Below are positions 21,623 to 31,806 of a DNA stretch of 64,000 nt, piece by piece. Each line of letters opens with the position of its first letter. Within the stretch, counting starts at the first letter, position 1. Source of the stretch: Micrococcaceae bacterium (GTDB lineage Bacteria; Actinomycetota; Actinomycetes; Actinomycetales; Micrococcaceae); contig DAIQIR010000005.1 of assembly GCA_036790915.1 (NCBI GenBank), positions 434 through 64,433 of the forward strand. The letters run 5' to 3'. Below the pieces are notes generated by a model that saw nothing but the letters and a program-made list of their open reading frames with translations, was not told the origin of the DNA and searched no databases. Position numbers and translations under genes: made by a program.

Positions 21623-22483
21623 TCAGAACGCCCGTCGGGGAAGGCCGACTGCGTCACACATCACATCTATGACAGCTGCATTAACGTCGTCACCGCGACC
21701 GGTGAACAGGCGCACTTGTTCCACTGCCTGGTAGAGCAGCATTTCCAGTCCGGGCACCACTGCACCGCCGCCGGACTGCCACGCGGACGCTATCCGGCTC
21801 GGCCACGGATCGTAGGCAACATCAAGCAGGACGCCGGGCGTGCCGGTCCCGAGGGCAGCGATCTCCGCCGCCAAGGGGTCGGCGGCGCGTGGCGGGAGGG
21901 TGGAAATCACGACGTCGGCACTTGCCGTTGGAACGGCGGCTTCGGTCAGCGGCCGGACGTCTATGGACAGGCCGATGGCCGCCGCGGCTGCCCGTGCTTC
22001 GCACGCCCGGGACGTGTCCCGCACAAAAACCTGTGCGTGCCGTGTGCCCAGGTCCATCAGTGCGGCAACAGCGGCCGCGGCTGTGCCGCCCCCGCCCAGG
22101 ACCACTGCCGCGGGGCTGGAGGCGACTCCGGCGTTCAGGACTGCGTTGACGATGCCGGCAACGTCGGTGTTGTAGCCGATGCGCCTGACTGAGCCGCCGC
22201 CTTCCTCGAAGGCGACCGTGTTGACCACGCCCAAAGTGCGGGCCACGCCGCGGACTTCATCCACCTCAGCGAGCATGCCGGTTTTCAGGGGCATGGTGAC
22301 TGAAAGTCCCCGCCACCCTTCCTGGTTTCTGACGCGCTCCATAAAGGCAGGCAGCGCCTGCTCGGTGAGGTCCAGGGCCGTGTAGCCGATAGCCATCCCG
22401 AGCTTGCCGTACGCCGCGAGGTGCAGCGCCGGTGACTTGGAATGACCGATCGGGTGACCCAGGACGGCCGCCCGGAGGCTCAT
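21623..22483 (-). CDS. aroE: shikimate dehydrogenase
   Basis: [20 protein letters not shown] and GLEMLLYQA motifs; start set at ATG 22483. Confidence 0.93.
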   Translation of the reverse strand: MSLRAAVLGHPIGHSKSPALHLAAYGKLGMAIGYTALDLTEQALPAFMERVRNQEGWRGLSVTMPLKTGMLAEVDEVRGVARTLGVVNTVAFEEGGGSVRRIGYNTDVAGIVNAVLNAGVASSPAAVVLGGGGTAAAAVAALMDLGTRHAQVFVRDTSRACEARAAAAAIGLSIDVRPLTEAAVPTASADVVISTLPPRAADPLAAEIAALGTGTPGVLLDVAYDPWPSRIASAWQSGGGAVVPGLEMLLYQAVEQVRLFTGRGDDVNAAVIDVMCDAVGLPRRAF

Positions 22484-24162
22484 GTGCAACGGCCTGCGTT
22501 GGCATGGCACCAGCTGCTGTACTGCGCCACGTAACCAAGGTGTTCGGCAAGCGTCTTGGAGAACTTGGTCTCCTTGGTGTCAAGGTTGATGGTCACCCAG
22601 TACAGGTAGTCGTTGGCCTTGGGCTTAGCAGCAGCATCGATCGCCGCCGTGCCCGGCGAGCCGATGGGACCAGGCGGCAGGCCCGGGTTGGCGTACGTGT
22701 TGTAAAGGTTGGACTTGTCCTGGCGCTGTTCATCAGTGAAGTTCAAACTCTTGGTGCCCAGGCCGTAGGTCACTGCGGAGTCCACCTGCAGGAACCCGCC
22801 GGTCTGGTCGTTCGGCTTGAGCCTGTTGTAGATGGCTCCGGCAACGTCGCCATAGTCCGCCTGCCCGCCTTCAGCCTGCACAATGCTCGCCACGGTCACG
22901 GCCTCGTATTGCTTCGCCGGATCAGTGATGCCCTGGGCCACCAGTTCATCGATGGTTGACTTGACCAGGGACTGGAGGATGTCCTTGGCCGACGTGCCTA
23001 ATGGCAAGCGGTGCTCCCCCGGGGCAAGGAAACCCTCAAGGTTTTTTGCGTTGACTGGCAGGCCAAACTGCTGCGGGGAGTCGCTGAGCGCTTTGAGCTG
23101 CTGCACCGGCACTCCGGACCCCGTGGAAATCGCCTGCAGGGATTCGCCGATCCGCAGGCCGGCGTTCAGGGCGAAGTAAATGACCTTGGTCTTGTCCTGC
23201 CCAACCAGGACGTTGACGGCGTCGGAGTTCTTCATCTGCATTTTGAACGTATAGTCCCCGGGCGAGAGTGTTCCGCCCGACGCCATAAAGGCCTGCAGGA
23301 AGTTGTCTGCATTGGCAACCACTTTCCCGCCTTCCAGCTTGGAGGCTACGGACCGCGTGCCTTCGCCGGGCTGGACCGAAATGTGGACTTCGCCAGTGCC
23401 GGGGCCGGGATAGCCGGCCGCCTTGTCGGCTCCAAGCAAGGGCTTGAGGAACTGCGCGCCCACAGCTATGGCCGCCACGAAGACGACGAGGGTCAGCAGA
23501 AGGGCAAGGAGGCGGCGCCGTCGCCGTACTTTTTTGGAGGGCTTCGCCACTACGGACACCGCGCCGGCGTCGGCGAACAGGCCGGCATCGGAAGGGTGCC
23601 CGGGCAGGGCATCGTGGTGGAGGGCTTCGTCGTGGAGCTCATCGTGGTGGAAGGCATCGTGGTGCAGGTCATCGTGGTGCTGCACGTCCGTGGAGTGGTA
23701 CTCGGCCGGGTGGGCAGCATCGAAGTGCTCGTCGTCGGGGTGGAAGTCCTGAACCGGCGCATCGTCCGGATGGTAGTCAGCCGCCGGCGCGGGTTCCTGG
23801 ATGGACGGCGCGGTATCCGGGGTCATCGGAATTGCCGGTAGCGGTTCGGGTTCCGGTTCGGGTTCCGGTTCCGGTTCCGGTTCCGGTTCCGGTTCCGGTG
23901 CAGGCTCGGGCAGGACGGCGGGGCTTTGCACGGGGGCGGCGGGCATGACGGGCTCCGGTTCAGGAGCCGGATCAGAACGAGCCGGTTCATCAGGTGCCGC
24001 TGCCGGTGCGGGAAGATACTGGCCGGTTTCGTAGGCCTGTTCGGGAACCACATTGCTGCCAGCCGTGTGCTTCTCCAAAGCGCGGAGCTCTCGTCGGGTC
24101 AGCGGCCTGGCACCATCGTTGCCTGTGGTGCCTGGGGCGTCGTCGTTATAGGACGGGCTCAC
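22480..24162 (-). CDS. mltG: endolytic transglycosylase MltG with a long disordered N-terminus
   Basis: ASIVQAE, NRL, LQVDS and YNTY..PGLPPGPI motifs; single TM after a poly-Arg run. Confidence 0.93.
   Translation of the reverse strand: MSPSYNDDAPGTTGNDGARPLTRRELRALEKHTAGSNVVPEQAYETGQYLPAPAAAPDEPARSDPAPEPEPVMPAAPVQSPAVLPEPAPEPEPEPEPEPEPEPEPEPLPAIPMTPDTAPSIQEPAPAADYHPDDAPVQDFHPDDEHFDAAHPAEYHSTDVQHHDDLHHDAFHHDELHDEALHHDALPGHPSDAGLFADAGAVSVVAKPSKKVRRRRRLLALLLTLVVFVAAIAVGAQFLKPLLGADKAAGYPGPGTGEVHISVQPGEGTRSVASKLEGGKVVANADNFLQAFMASGGTLSPGDYTFKMQMKNSDAVNVLVGQDKTKVIYFALNAGLRIGESLQAISTGSGVPVQQLKALSDSPQQFGLPVNAKNLEGFLAPGEHRLPLGTSAKDILQSLVKSTIDELVAQGITDPAKQYEAVTVASIVQAEGGQADYGDVAGAIYNRLKPNDQTGGFLQVDSAVTYGLGTKSLNFTDEQRQDKSNLYNTYANPGLPPGPIGSPGTAAIDAAAKPKANDYLYWVTINLDTKETKFSKTLAEHLGYVAQYSSWCHANAGRCT
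23606..23680 (-). repeat. five 15-bp coding repeats (HHDxL-like) in mltG
   Basis: agggcatcgtggtgg-like unit x5, encoding HHDDLHHDAFHHDELHDEALHHDAL. Confidence 0.85.
23842..23898 (-). repeat. 6-bp coding microsatellite, (PE)n, in mltG
   Basis: (c/g)ggttc x9.5. Confidence 0.9.
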
Positions 24163-24752
24163 TGTAGCCTTCCGTGTTCTGAGATCGTGTCGTCCGGCGC
24201 GTTATGGACAGCCTGAGCTGCCGGAACGCTTCCGGATGGCCGCGGGCGGGGCGGCGCGCTCACGCGCCTGCCAACGTCCGTTCCCCTGGCCTTTTGCATG
24301 TCGATGGCGTGCTGGAGAATACCGGCCGCCGCAACCTGATCCACCACTTTACGGTGGTTCCGGCTGCTCATGCCAGCTTCATGAAGGTTCCGGTGCGCAC
24401 TGACACTGCTCAGGCGCTCGTCAACCAGGTTCACAGGGACATCGAGGCCGCGGCCTGCCAGCTCTGCCGCGAGCAGCTCTGCGTAGTCGGTGGCCATCCT
24501 GGCAGAGGCGTGTTCCTCGCCCTTCATGGTGCGGGGCAACCCCACAATCACCTGGACCGCGCCGAGCTCCTCAGCGAGTGCGGCGATGACGCGCACGTCG
24601 GAATTCTTCTTGACGTTGCGGTCCAGGGTCTTGTATGGGGTGGCAAGGATTGCGTCCCGGTCGCAGATGGCGACGCCCACGCGGACAGTGCCGACGTCTA
24701 CCCCCAGTTTGATGCCCTGGGGGTAGCCGGAGGCTGCAGTGGATTCTGTCAC
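24159..24752 (-). CDS. ruvX: Holliday-junction-resolvase-like / pre-16S rRNA nuclease YqgF (RuvX)
   Basis: LGVDVGTVRVGVA, DERLSS and DQVAAAGIL motifs; GTG start at 24752 after the alaS stop. Confidence 0.92.
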   Translation of the reverse strand: MTESTAASGYPQGIKLGVDVGTVRVGVAICDRDAILATPYKTLDRNVKKNSDVRVIAALAEELGAVQVIVGLPRTMKGEEHASARMATDYAELLAAELAGRGLDVPVNLVDERLSSVSAHRNLHEAGMSSRNHRKVVDQVAAAGILQHAIDMQKARGTDVGRRVSAPPRPRPSGSVPAAQAVHNAPDDTISEHGRLQ

Positions 24753-24759
24753 GGGGTCC

Positions 24760-27438
24760 TTAGCGCCGGGAGATGGCGTCCACAACGGCGGCCAGCGCCG
24801 GCGCGACCTTAGTGGCGTCCGTTCCGCCACCCTGGGCGACGTCGTCCTTGCCGCCACCGCCGCCGCCAAGGATTCCTGCCGCGAGACGGACCAGGGCACC
24901 GGCCTTTACGCCGGCCTCGCGGGCTGCCTCGTTGGTGGCCACCAGGATCATGGGGCGGTCATTGCTGACGCCGGCAACTGCCACGGTGGAAGCTCCCGAT
25001 CCGAGGCGGTTGCGCAGGTCAAGGGCAAGGTTGCGGATGTCGTCGGCGCCGCCGATCTGGCCGGCGTCGTGCGCGATGACCTGGATGCCGGCGGTATCCC
25101 GGGCGGTGCCCACGAGGTTTGCCGCGGCTGCCGTGAGCTGTTCCTTGCGGAGTCGGTCGAGTTCCTTCTCCGTGGCCTTGAGCTTATTGAGCGTGCTGGC
25201 GATTCTGTCGGCGAGCTGGCCGGAGGGAACTTTGAGCATCTCGGTCAGTTCGGTCACGAGGGCGCGCTCGGCGGCCAGGTGGCGGAAGGCATCCATGCCC
25301 ACGAACGCCTCAACACGGCGGTTGCCTGAACCGACCGACTGCTCGCCGAGCAGCGACAGGCTGCCGATCAGCGACGTGTTGGCAACATGCGTGCCGCCGC
25401 AGAGTTCCCGGGACCACGCGCCGTCGATCTCCACAACACGGACTTCGCTGCCGTAGTTTTCGCCGAACAGCGCCATGGCGCCCAGCGCCTTGGCCTCTGC
25501 CAGGCCCATGACCTTGGTGTCCACGCGGAAGTTGTTGCGGATGGCGAGGTTGGAGACTTCCTCGATTTCCGAACGCGTTGCGGTGCTCAGGCCCTCGCCC
25601 CAGGCGAAGTCGAAGCGCAGGTAGCCGGCCTTGTTGTAGGAACCGCGCTGGGTGGCTTGCGGGCCGAGGATCTGGTGCAGGGCGGCGTGGACAATGTGCG
25701 TGCCCGTGTGGGCCTGCTCTGCAGCATGGCGGCGTTCACGGTCGACGGCGGCGCGCACCAGGGAGGCGGAGGAGATCTCGCCTTCGCGGACGATCGCCTT
25801 GTGCACGCTCAGTCCCTTCACAGGGCGCTGGACGTCAAGGACCTCGACAACAAAGCCGTCTCCGGTGATGAGGCCGGTGTCAGCGGACTGGCCGCCGGCC
25901 TCGGCGTAGAAAGGGGTCTCGTTGAGGACAAGCTCGATTTCGTCGCCGGTGGCCGCGTGGGCTACGCGCTGGCCGCCGCTGACGATACCGCGGACGCGGG
26001 ACTCGCCGTCGAGCTCGTCGTAGCCGGTGAAGACGGTGGCGCCCTCCCCCAGCATCTCCTGGTACGCGCTGAGGTCGGCGTGGCCGCCCTTTTTGCCCTT
26101 GGCGTCAGCCTGGGCGCGCTGGCGCTGCTCTAGCATGAGGGCGCGGAACCCGGTCTCATCCACCTTAAGTCCGGCCTCTTCGGCCATTTCCAGTGTGAGG
26201 TCGATCGGGAAGCCGTATGTGTCGTGCAGCGCGAAGGCATCCGCACCGGACAGCGGCGTGCCGGCGGCCTTGGACTCGCTCACGGCGTCCTCAAGCCGGG
26301 CGGTGCCCGAGGCGATCGTCCGCAGGAAGGCCCGCTCTTCGGCGTACGCGATCCGGCTGATGCGGTCAAAGTCAGTGTCAACGACGGGGTAGACACCCTT
26401 CATGGCATCGCGTGAGGCCGGCAGCAGGTCCGGCAGGCAGGCTTTTTCGACGCCGAGCAGCCGCATCGAACGTACGGCGCGGCGGATGAGGCGCCGCAGG
26501 ACGTAGCCGCGGCCCTCGTTGGACGGTGTCACGCCGTCGGCGATCAGCATCAGGGCGGAGCGGATATGGTCACCCACAACGCGCATGCGGACGTCGTCTG
26601 TGTGGTGTGGATCAGCAGGCGTTTCGGCCGACGTGTATTCCCGGCCCGACAGCTCGGCAGCCTTGTCAATGACGGGACGGACCTGGTCGGTCTCGTACAT
26701 GTTCTCGACGTCCTGCAGAATCATGGCGAGGCGTTCCATGCCCAGGCCAGTGTCGATGTTCTTCTTGGGCAGTTCGCCCACGATGTCAAAATCGTCCTTG
26801 GAGCGTACGTTGTCAATCTGGTACTGCATAAAGACCAGGTTCCAGATCTCGACGTAGCGGTTCTCGTCGGCGAGCGGGCCGCCTTCGGCACCGTAAGCGG
26901 GACCACGGTCGTAGTAGATCTCCGAGCAGGGACCGGCGGGTCCGGGCTGGCCGGTGTGCCAGTAGTTGTCAGCTTTGCCCATGCGCTGGATCCGCTCGGA
27001 CGGGACGCCGGTGTTCTTCAGCCACAGTTCCCTGGCTTCGTCGTCCTCCTCGTAGACGGTAACCCACAGCAGTTCGGGCGGCAGGCCGTAGCCGCCGTCG
27101 TCCACGCTCTTGGTGAGCAGTTCCCAGGCGTACTTGATGGCGTCTTCCTTGAAGTAATCGCCGAAGGAGAAGTTGCCGCACATCTGGAAGAAGGTGCCAT
27201 GGCGGGCGGTCTTGCCCACTTCCTCGATGTCACCGGTACGGATGCACTTCTGGATGCTCGTGGCGCGGGCGAATGGAGCTTCTTCGCGGGCCGTCAGGTA
27301 AGGGATGAACGGGACCATGCCGGCGACGGTGAACAGGAGGGAGGGGTCGCTGGAGACCAGCGAGGCGGAGGGAACCGCGGTGTGTCCTTTGCTGACAAAA
27401 AAGTCCACCCAGCGCTTTGTGATCTCCTGCGACTTCAT
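24760..27438 (-). CDS. alaS: alanine--tRNA ligase
   Basis: LLFTVAGMVPF, IDTGLGMER, ELCGGTH and GGGGGK motifs. Confidence 0.98.
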   Translation of the reverse strand: MKSQEITKRWVDFFVSKGHTAVPSASLVSSDPSLLFTVAGMVPFIPYLTAREEAPFARATSIQKCIRTGDIEEVGKTARHGTFFQMCGNFSFGDYFKEDAIKYAWELLTKSVDDGGYGLPPELLWVTVYEEDDEARELWLKNTGVPSERIQRMGKADNYWHTGQPGPAGPCSEIYYDRGPAYGAEGGPLADENRYVEIWNLVFMQYQIDNVRSKDDFDIVGELPKKNIDTGLGMERLAMILQDVENMYETDQVRPVIDKAAELSGREYTSAETPADPHHTDDVRMRVVGDHIRSALMLIADGVTPSNEGRGYVLRRLIRRAVRSMRLLGVEKACLPDLLPASRDAMKGVYPVVDTDFDRISRIAYAEERAFLRTIASGTARLEDAVSESKAAGTPLSGADAFALHDTYGFPIDLTLEMAEEAGLKVDETGFRALMLEQRQRAQADAKGKKGGHADLSAYQEMLGEGATVFTGYDELDGESRVRGIVSGGQRVAHAATGDEIELVLNETPFYAEAGGQSADTGLITGDGFVVEVLDVQRPVKGLSVHKAIVREGEISSASLVRAAVDRERRHAAEQAHTGTHIVHAALHQILGPQATQRGSYNKAGYLRFDFAWGEGLSTATRSEIEEVSNLAIRNNFRVDTKVMGLAEAKALGAMALFGENYGSEVRVVEIDGAWSRELCGGTHVANTSLIGSLSLLGEQSVGSGNRRVEAFVGMDAFRHLAAERALVTELTEMLKVPSGQLADRIASTLNKLKATEKELDRLRKEQLTAAAANLVGTARDTAGIQVIAHDAGQIGGADDIRNLALDLRNRLGSGASTVAVAGVSNDRPMILVATNEAAREAGVKAGALVRLAAGILGGGGGGKDDVAQGGGTDATKVAPALAAVVDAISRR

Positions 27439-27558
27439 GAGCTGATTACTTACCCTTCTCGGTTCACGCGCTGTGCGGCGCATGACTTATTGATTCAGAC
27501 GGCAGTGCCGGCAAGCGGCGACTGCTGGTTTAATTCTCGCGCGTTGATTCCCGTGCGC

Positions 27559-27804
27559 TTAGCGCCGGGCTGGATCCCGCGATGGAACGGCCTGCGAGTC
27601 GACACCAAGTGCGGCCCGCAGGTCGGTCTCGCGCTCACGCATTCCGGACCGGACAGCGTCGGCGAAGTCGTAGACGCCGTCGGCCAGCCGGCCCACGGCC
27701 CGGTTCAGGCCCGCCGGCCCCAGGTTGGCTTGGGCCTCGGTGACTTTACGAAAGGCGATGACTCCAATGGCCACGCCGATTCCCATCCAGACAAATCGTT
27801 TCAT
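27559..27804 (-). CDS. small conserved membrane protein (DUF6167-like)
   Basis: MKRFVWMGIGVAIG...FADAVRSGMRERE; usual position between DUF948 and alaS. Confidence 0.75.
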   Translation of the reverse strand: MKRFVWMGIGVAIGVIAFRKVTEAQANLGPAGLNRAVGRLADGVYDFADAVRSGMRERETDLRAALGVDSQAVPSRDPARR

Positions 27805-27822
27805 GTTCGGTTCTCCGGTGGT

Positions 27823-28197
27823 TTAGCGGCTGCGGCGCCCGGGTGCGGGCTTCTTGCGGTTGGCGAGGGCTGAGCGCACTCCGTAACTGAACGCCGCCAC
27901 CTTGATCAGCGGCGAACCGACCGTCGCGGCAACGAGGGATGACAGCGCGGAAAGGTTCGCCGAGGCGTCTGAAACGTTGGAGGCGATGCCATCAACTTTC
28001 TTCAGTTGCTGGTTGGTGGTGGCCACCGTCGCGGTGACTTCGTCCATCAGGGGCGTGGCGCCGTCGCTCAGGGAGCGGATGGAGGTCCGGATTTCCTCCA
28101 ACACACTGCCGAGCTTCAGGATCGGCACGGCGAGCAGCAGCACCAGTAGCGCGAACACCCCGGCTGCGATCAGGCCGGCAATATCGCCACCAGACAT
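27823..28197 (-). CDS. DUF948 (YoxC-like) membrane/coiled-coil protein
   Basis: N-terminal TM, heptad segment and PLIKVAAFSYGVR tail; AAGGAG SD. Confidence 0.85.
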   Translation of the reverse strand: MSGGDIAGLIAAGVFALLVLLLAVPILKLGSVLEEIRTSIRSLSDGATPLMDEVTATVATTNQQLKKVDGIASNVSDASANLSALSSLVAATVGSPLIKVAAFSYGVRSALANRKKPAPGRRSR

Positions 28198-28290
28198 AGA
28201 CGTTCATCTCCTTGAAACTGACGTGGATCCGTTACCTCCGCGCACGCTGCCATGATGCGTTCCGCAGATCTCCCCCAAGTACCTTACATA

Positions 28291-28326
28291 CAAAGAAGCC
28301 CGTGGCGCTTGCCACGGGCTTCTTTG
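28291..28326. terminator. intrinsic terminator after rpsD
   Basis: caaagaagcccgtggc-gctt-gccacgggcttctttg, perfect 16-bp stem with A/U tails. Confidence 0.85.
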
Positions 28327-28342
28327 GATACGCTGCTGGGAT

Positions 28343-28969
28343 TTAGCGTGCGTAGAATTCGACGACGAGCTGCTCTTCGCAGGTTACGGGAACCTCGGAG
28401 CGCTTCGGGCGACGGACCAGGCGGGCCTGCAGGGCGTCAAGCTTGACGTCCAGGTAGGCGGGAACCTGGGGCAGGACGTCGCGGTGTGCGCCGGCTGCTG
28501 CAACCTGGAGCGGAACCATGGTTTCGCTGCGGCTGTGGACGTGGACCAGCTGGCCTTCGCCAACGCGGAAGGACGGGCGGTCAACGCGGATGCCGTCAAC
28601 CATGATGTGGCGGTGCACAACGAGCTGGCGGGCCTGGGCGATGGTGCGGGCGAAGCCGGCACGCAGCACGAGAGCGTCGAGACGCATTTCGAGCAGTTCG
28701 ATCAGGTTTTCACCGGTCAGGCCCTTGGTGCGGCGGGCTTCTTCGAAGGCGCGGGTCATCTGGGCTTCGCGGATGCCATACTGGGCGCGCAGACGCTGCT
28801 TTTCGCGCAGACGTACGGCGTAGTCCGAGTCCTGCTTCTTGCGGGCACGGCCATGCTCACCGGGGCCGTAAGGGCGGCGCTCCATGTACTTGGCGGCCTT
28901 GGGGGTCAGAGCAATGCCGAGTGCACGCGAGAGGCGTGCTGTACGGCGAGCACGAGTGTTGTTAGCCAC
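28343..28969 (-). CDS. rpsD: 30S ribosomal protein S4
   Basis: PGEHG, LREKQRLR, LEMRLD and ARQLVVHRH motifs. Confidence 0.97.
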   Translation of the reverse strand: MANNTRARRTARLSRALGIALTPKAAKYMERRPYGPGEHGRARKKQDSDYAVRLREKQRLRAQYGIREAQMTRAFEEARRTKGLTGENLIELLEMRLDALVLRAGFARTIAQARQLVVHRHIMVDGIRVDRPSFRVGEGQLVHVHSRSETMVPLQVAAAGAHRDVLPQVPAYLDVKLDALQARLVRRPKRSEVPVTCEEQLVVEFYAR

Positions 28970-29172
28970 TTGTGTCCTTCCAATATCTGCGGTGTGTCAG
29001 TGTTACTGGCCTCCACGATGGAGAGCATCGGCCAACCGCTGCCTTTTGCTACTGGGCACAGGGCTACCCCAACGAAACAGCAGAAAATACTGAAGGATGG
29101 GGAGATTGCGTCCGTGCCTTGCCAGACAACGAATCATCTTAGCAGGATTCGGCCGCTTTCCCACACTCCGCC

Positions 29173-30591
29173 TCAGGTGCCGCGGATGATCTTCCGCAGG
29201 CGTTCCAGGCGGACGGCGATGTCCCGCTCGGCACCGTTGGCGGTGGGCTCGTAGTAGTCCCGGCCCACCAGGTCATCCGGCGGGTACTGCTGGCTGGCCA
29301 CCGAATGCGGGGCATCGTGGGCGTACTTGTAGCCAAGCCCGTGGCCCAGCTGCTTGGACCCCGGGTAGTGGGCATCGCGCAGGTGCGCCGGGATCCCGTT
29401 GCCCAGGCCGGCACGGATATCCGCCACGGCCTTGTTAAGTCCCATGTAGGCGGCATTGGACTTCGGCGCGGTGGCCAGATGCACCACGGCCTCAGCCAGC
29501 ACGATCCGACCTTCGGGCATGCCGATCAGCTGAACCGCCTGGGCGGCGGCAACCGCCGTCTGCAGCGCAGTAGGGTCCGCCATTCCCACGTCCTCAGCTG
29601 CAGAAATCACAATCCGCCGGGCGATGAACCGCGGGTCCTCCCCGGCCTCCAGCATCCTGGCGAGGTAGTGCAGTGCTGCGTCCACGTCAGAGCCGCGGAC
29701 CGATTTGATGAAGGCACTGACTACGTCGTAGTGCTGGTCACCGGCCCGGTCGTAGCGCACGGCGGCCACATCCAGGGCGCGCTCCGTGTGTTTCAACTCG
29801 ACAATGACAGGCGCGTCTGCCGCGTCGGCGTCGTCCGCGTCCCCGAACGCCACACCCGCGGCAGCTTCGAGGGCCGTCAGTGCACGCCGCGCATCGCCGC
29901 CGGCGAGCCGGACGAGGTGCGCAAGGGCCTCCGGACTGAGCTCCACTTTCCCGTTCAGGCCGCGCTCGTCCGCCACGGCACGCTCCAGGAGTCCTTCAAT
30001 ATCCTCCTCCGTCAGCGGTTTCAGTGTGAGCAGCAGGGAGCGGGACAGCAGTGGCGAGACCACCGAAAAGGACGGGTTTTCGGTGGTTGCCGCCACGAGC
30101 ACCACCCAGCGGTTCTCCACGCCGGGCAGCAGGGCATCCTGCTGCGCCTTGTTGAAGCGGTGGATCTCGTCAAGAAAAAGCACCGTGGTGGTTTTGTAGA
30201 GGTCCCGCGCTGTCAGGGCCTCGTCCATGACGCGCCGAACGTCCTTGACTCCTGCAGTGATGGCGGACAGTTCCACGAACTTCCGGCCCTTGCCCTTGGC
30301 GATCACGTGCGCGAGGGTGGTTTTCCCGGTCCCCGGCGGTCCCCACAGGATCAGCGAGCTTGGGCCGGCCGGCCCCACGGCGTCGGTGCCTGCCGCCAGC
30401 TGACGCAACGGCGACCCCTGCCCCAGCAGGTGCTGCTGGCCCACCACGTCATCCAGGGTGCGCGGCCGCATCCGGACGGCCAAGGGACTGCGGGGCGCGG
30501 TGGTACGGCCGGTCCCGGCAGGGCCGGCCGACGACGGTTCGTCACTGTCGTCGTCGTCATTGCCATGCCCTTGGGCGAAGAGATCATCCAC
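29173..30591 (-). CDS. rarA: replication-associated recombination protein A (RarA/MgsA AAA+ ATPase)
   Basis: [30 protein letters not shown] and [11 protein letters not shown] motifs. Confidence 0.95.
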   Translation of the reverse strand: MDDLFAQGHGNDDDDSDEPSSAGPAGTGRTTAPRSPLAVRMRPRTLDDVVGQQHLLGQGSPLRQLAAGTDAVGPAGPSSLILWGPPGTGKTTLAHVIAKGKGRKFVELSAITAGVKDVRRVMDEALTARDLYKTTTVLFLDEIHRFNKAQQDALLPGVENRWVVLVAATTENPSFSVVSPLLSRSLLLTLKPLTEEDIEGLLERAVADERGLNGKVELSPEALAHLVRLAGGDARRALTALEAAAGVAFGDADDADAADAPVIVELKHTERALDVAAVRYDRAGDQHYDVVSAFIKSVRGSDVDAALHYLARMLEAGEDPRFIARRIVISAAEDVGMADPTALQTAVAAAQAVQLIGMPEGRIVLAEAVVHLATAPKSNAAYMGLNKAVADIRAGLGNGIPAHLRDAHYPGSKQLGHGLGYKYAHDAPHSVASQQYPPDDLVGRDYYEPTANGAERDIAVRLERLRKIIRGT

Positions 30592-30652
30592 ATAGATAGG
30601 CTACTCATTAGTTCACCGCCCCACTTCCGCCCTCCACGCAAGGGATCCCGCC

Positions 30653-31327
30653 ATGAGCGCACGCAGCACCCCCGGCGCCGCCCGTCCGGGGTCCGTCAGG
30701 ACCGCGTTTGTGTCCGGAGAACGCCTCGCCGGGTGGGCGGAACGCTTCGGCGCCGCGCACGGCGGCTTCCGGCTCAGCGATGACGACGACGGCGTGCGGC
30801 TTGTCGCAGCCGACGGCACCAGCGCGCTGCTTCAGGCGCCGTGGCCTCCGGATGGGAGGCCCGGAAGGGGCACGGATCCCCTGGAACGGCTGGCTTCCGT
30901 TGCATCCCAGCCACGCACCGCGGGCATGCTGCTCGTGCGGCGCGGCGGCTTCGCCGTGGCTGTGACCAGGGAAGGCGCCGTGCTGGCGTCCAAGACAGGG
31001 TCCCGCTACGTGCAGTCCCGGTCCGCGGCCGGTGGCCAGTCCCAGCAGCGGTTTGCACGCCGTCGCGCCAACCAGGCAGATGACCTGGTGGAGAAGGTGG
31101 CGGCTCACGCAGCAGTGATCTTCGGCGGCCACTCCGTCGAGTACCTTGCTCCCGGCGGGGACCGGACCCTGGCCGGGCTGGTCATGGACCAGCCGGCGCT
31201 GAGGCTCTATTCCTCCGTCCCGCGGCTGGATTTCCTGGATGTGCCCGATCCCAACGGCGCAGTGATGAGGAAGGCAGCAGCGGATGTCTGTGCCGTGCGT
31301 ATCCAGGTAGCGGACGCGCCGGATTAG
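30653..31327 (+). CDS. actinobacterial VLRF1 (Vms1-like) family peptidyl-tRNA hydrolase/release-factor-like protein
   Basis: LLVRRGGFAV and YVQSRSAAGGQSQQRFARRR motifs. Confidence 0.82.
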   Translation: MSARSTPGAARPGSVRTAFVSGERLAGWAERFGAAHGGFRLSDDDDGVRLVAADGTSALLQAPWPPDGRPGRGTDPLERLASVASQPRTAGMLLVRRGGFAVAVTREGAVLASKTGSRYVQSRSAAGGQSQQRFARRRANQADDLVEKVAAHAAVIFGGHSVEYLAPGGDRTLAGLVMDQPALRLYSSVPRLDFLDVPDPNGAVMRKAAADVCAVRIQVADAPD

Positions 31328-31357
31328 GCCGCTGCAACCTGTCCGCCTAGGCCTCGT

Positions 31358-31702
31358 GTGCCAGAGTCACAGTGGCGGCGCGGTCCACACCCCGGCTTGC
31401 CAGTGCGCTACACCGGCATGACGATGGGCAACCAGCTCGGTCTGGTCCTTGCCGGCTTCGCCCCGTTGATCGCTGGCGTGCTGCTGGCCCCCGGTGTGAC
31501 CGGCTGGATTCCCGTCGCAATCTTCGCCACGGTGTGCATGCTGATCGCGGCCGTCTCGGTGTTCTACTCCCGTGAGACGTACAAAACGCCGATCGAAGAA
31601 CTGGGCGCCCCGTATCTGGAGGGTACCGACCGGCGCCGGGATCTACTGGCCGAACAACAGCTGGAGATGCAGCCACGAAATCCGCCGATTGCGGCGAAAT
31701 GA
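31358..31702 (+). pseudogene. C-terminal remnant of an MHS-type MFS transporter
   Basis: VRYTGMTMGNQLGLVLAGFAPLIA...SRETYK matches the last two TM helices only; no upstream portion. Confidence 0.7.
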
Positions 31703-31806
31703 CCGCGTATCCGTGGATCGGGCCGCATTACGCACCGGAAGGCACCTAGCAGCCGGTCCGGTGCCGCTTTGATTCTCAGCGCCCCGGATTGACCCCGGCG
31801 TAATTT

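Noticed and set aside
23606..23898. Tandem repeats as a possible CRISPR or non-coding array
   Set aside because: In-frame coding repeats with no unique spacers; no cas genes in the window
27439..27558. T-box riboswitches in the aaRS leaders (alaS, aspS, hisS, thrS)
   Set aside because: No T-box (GGTGGNACCGCG-like) motif seen, and the leaders are short
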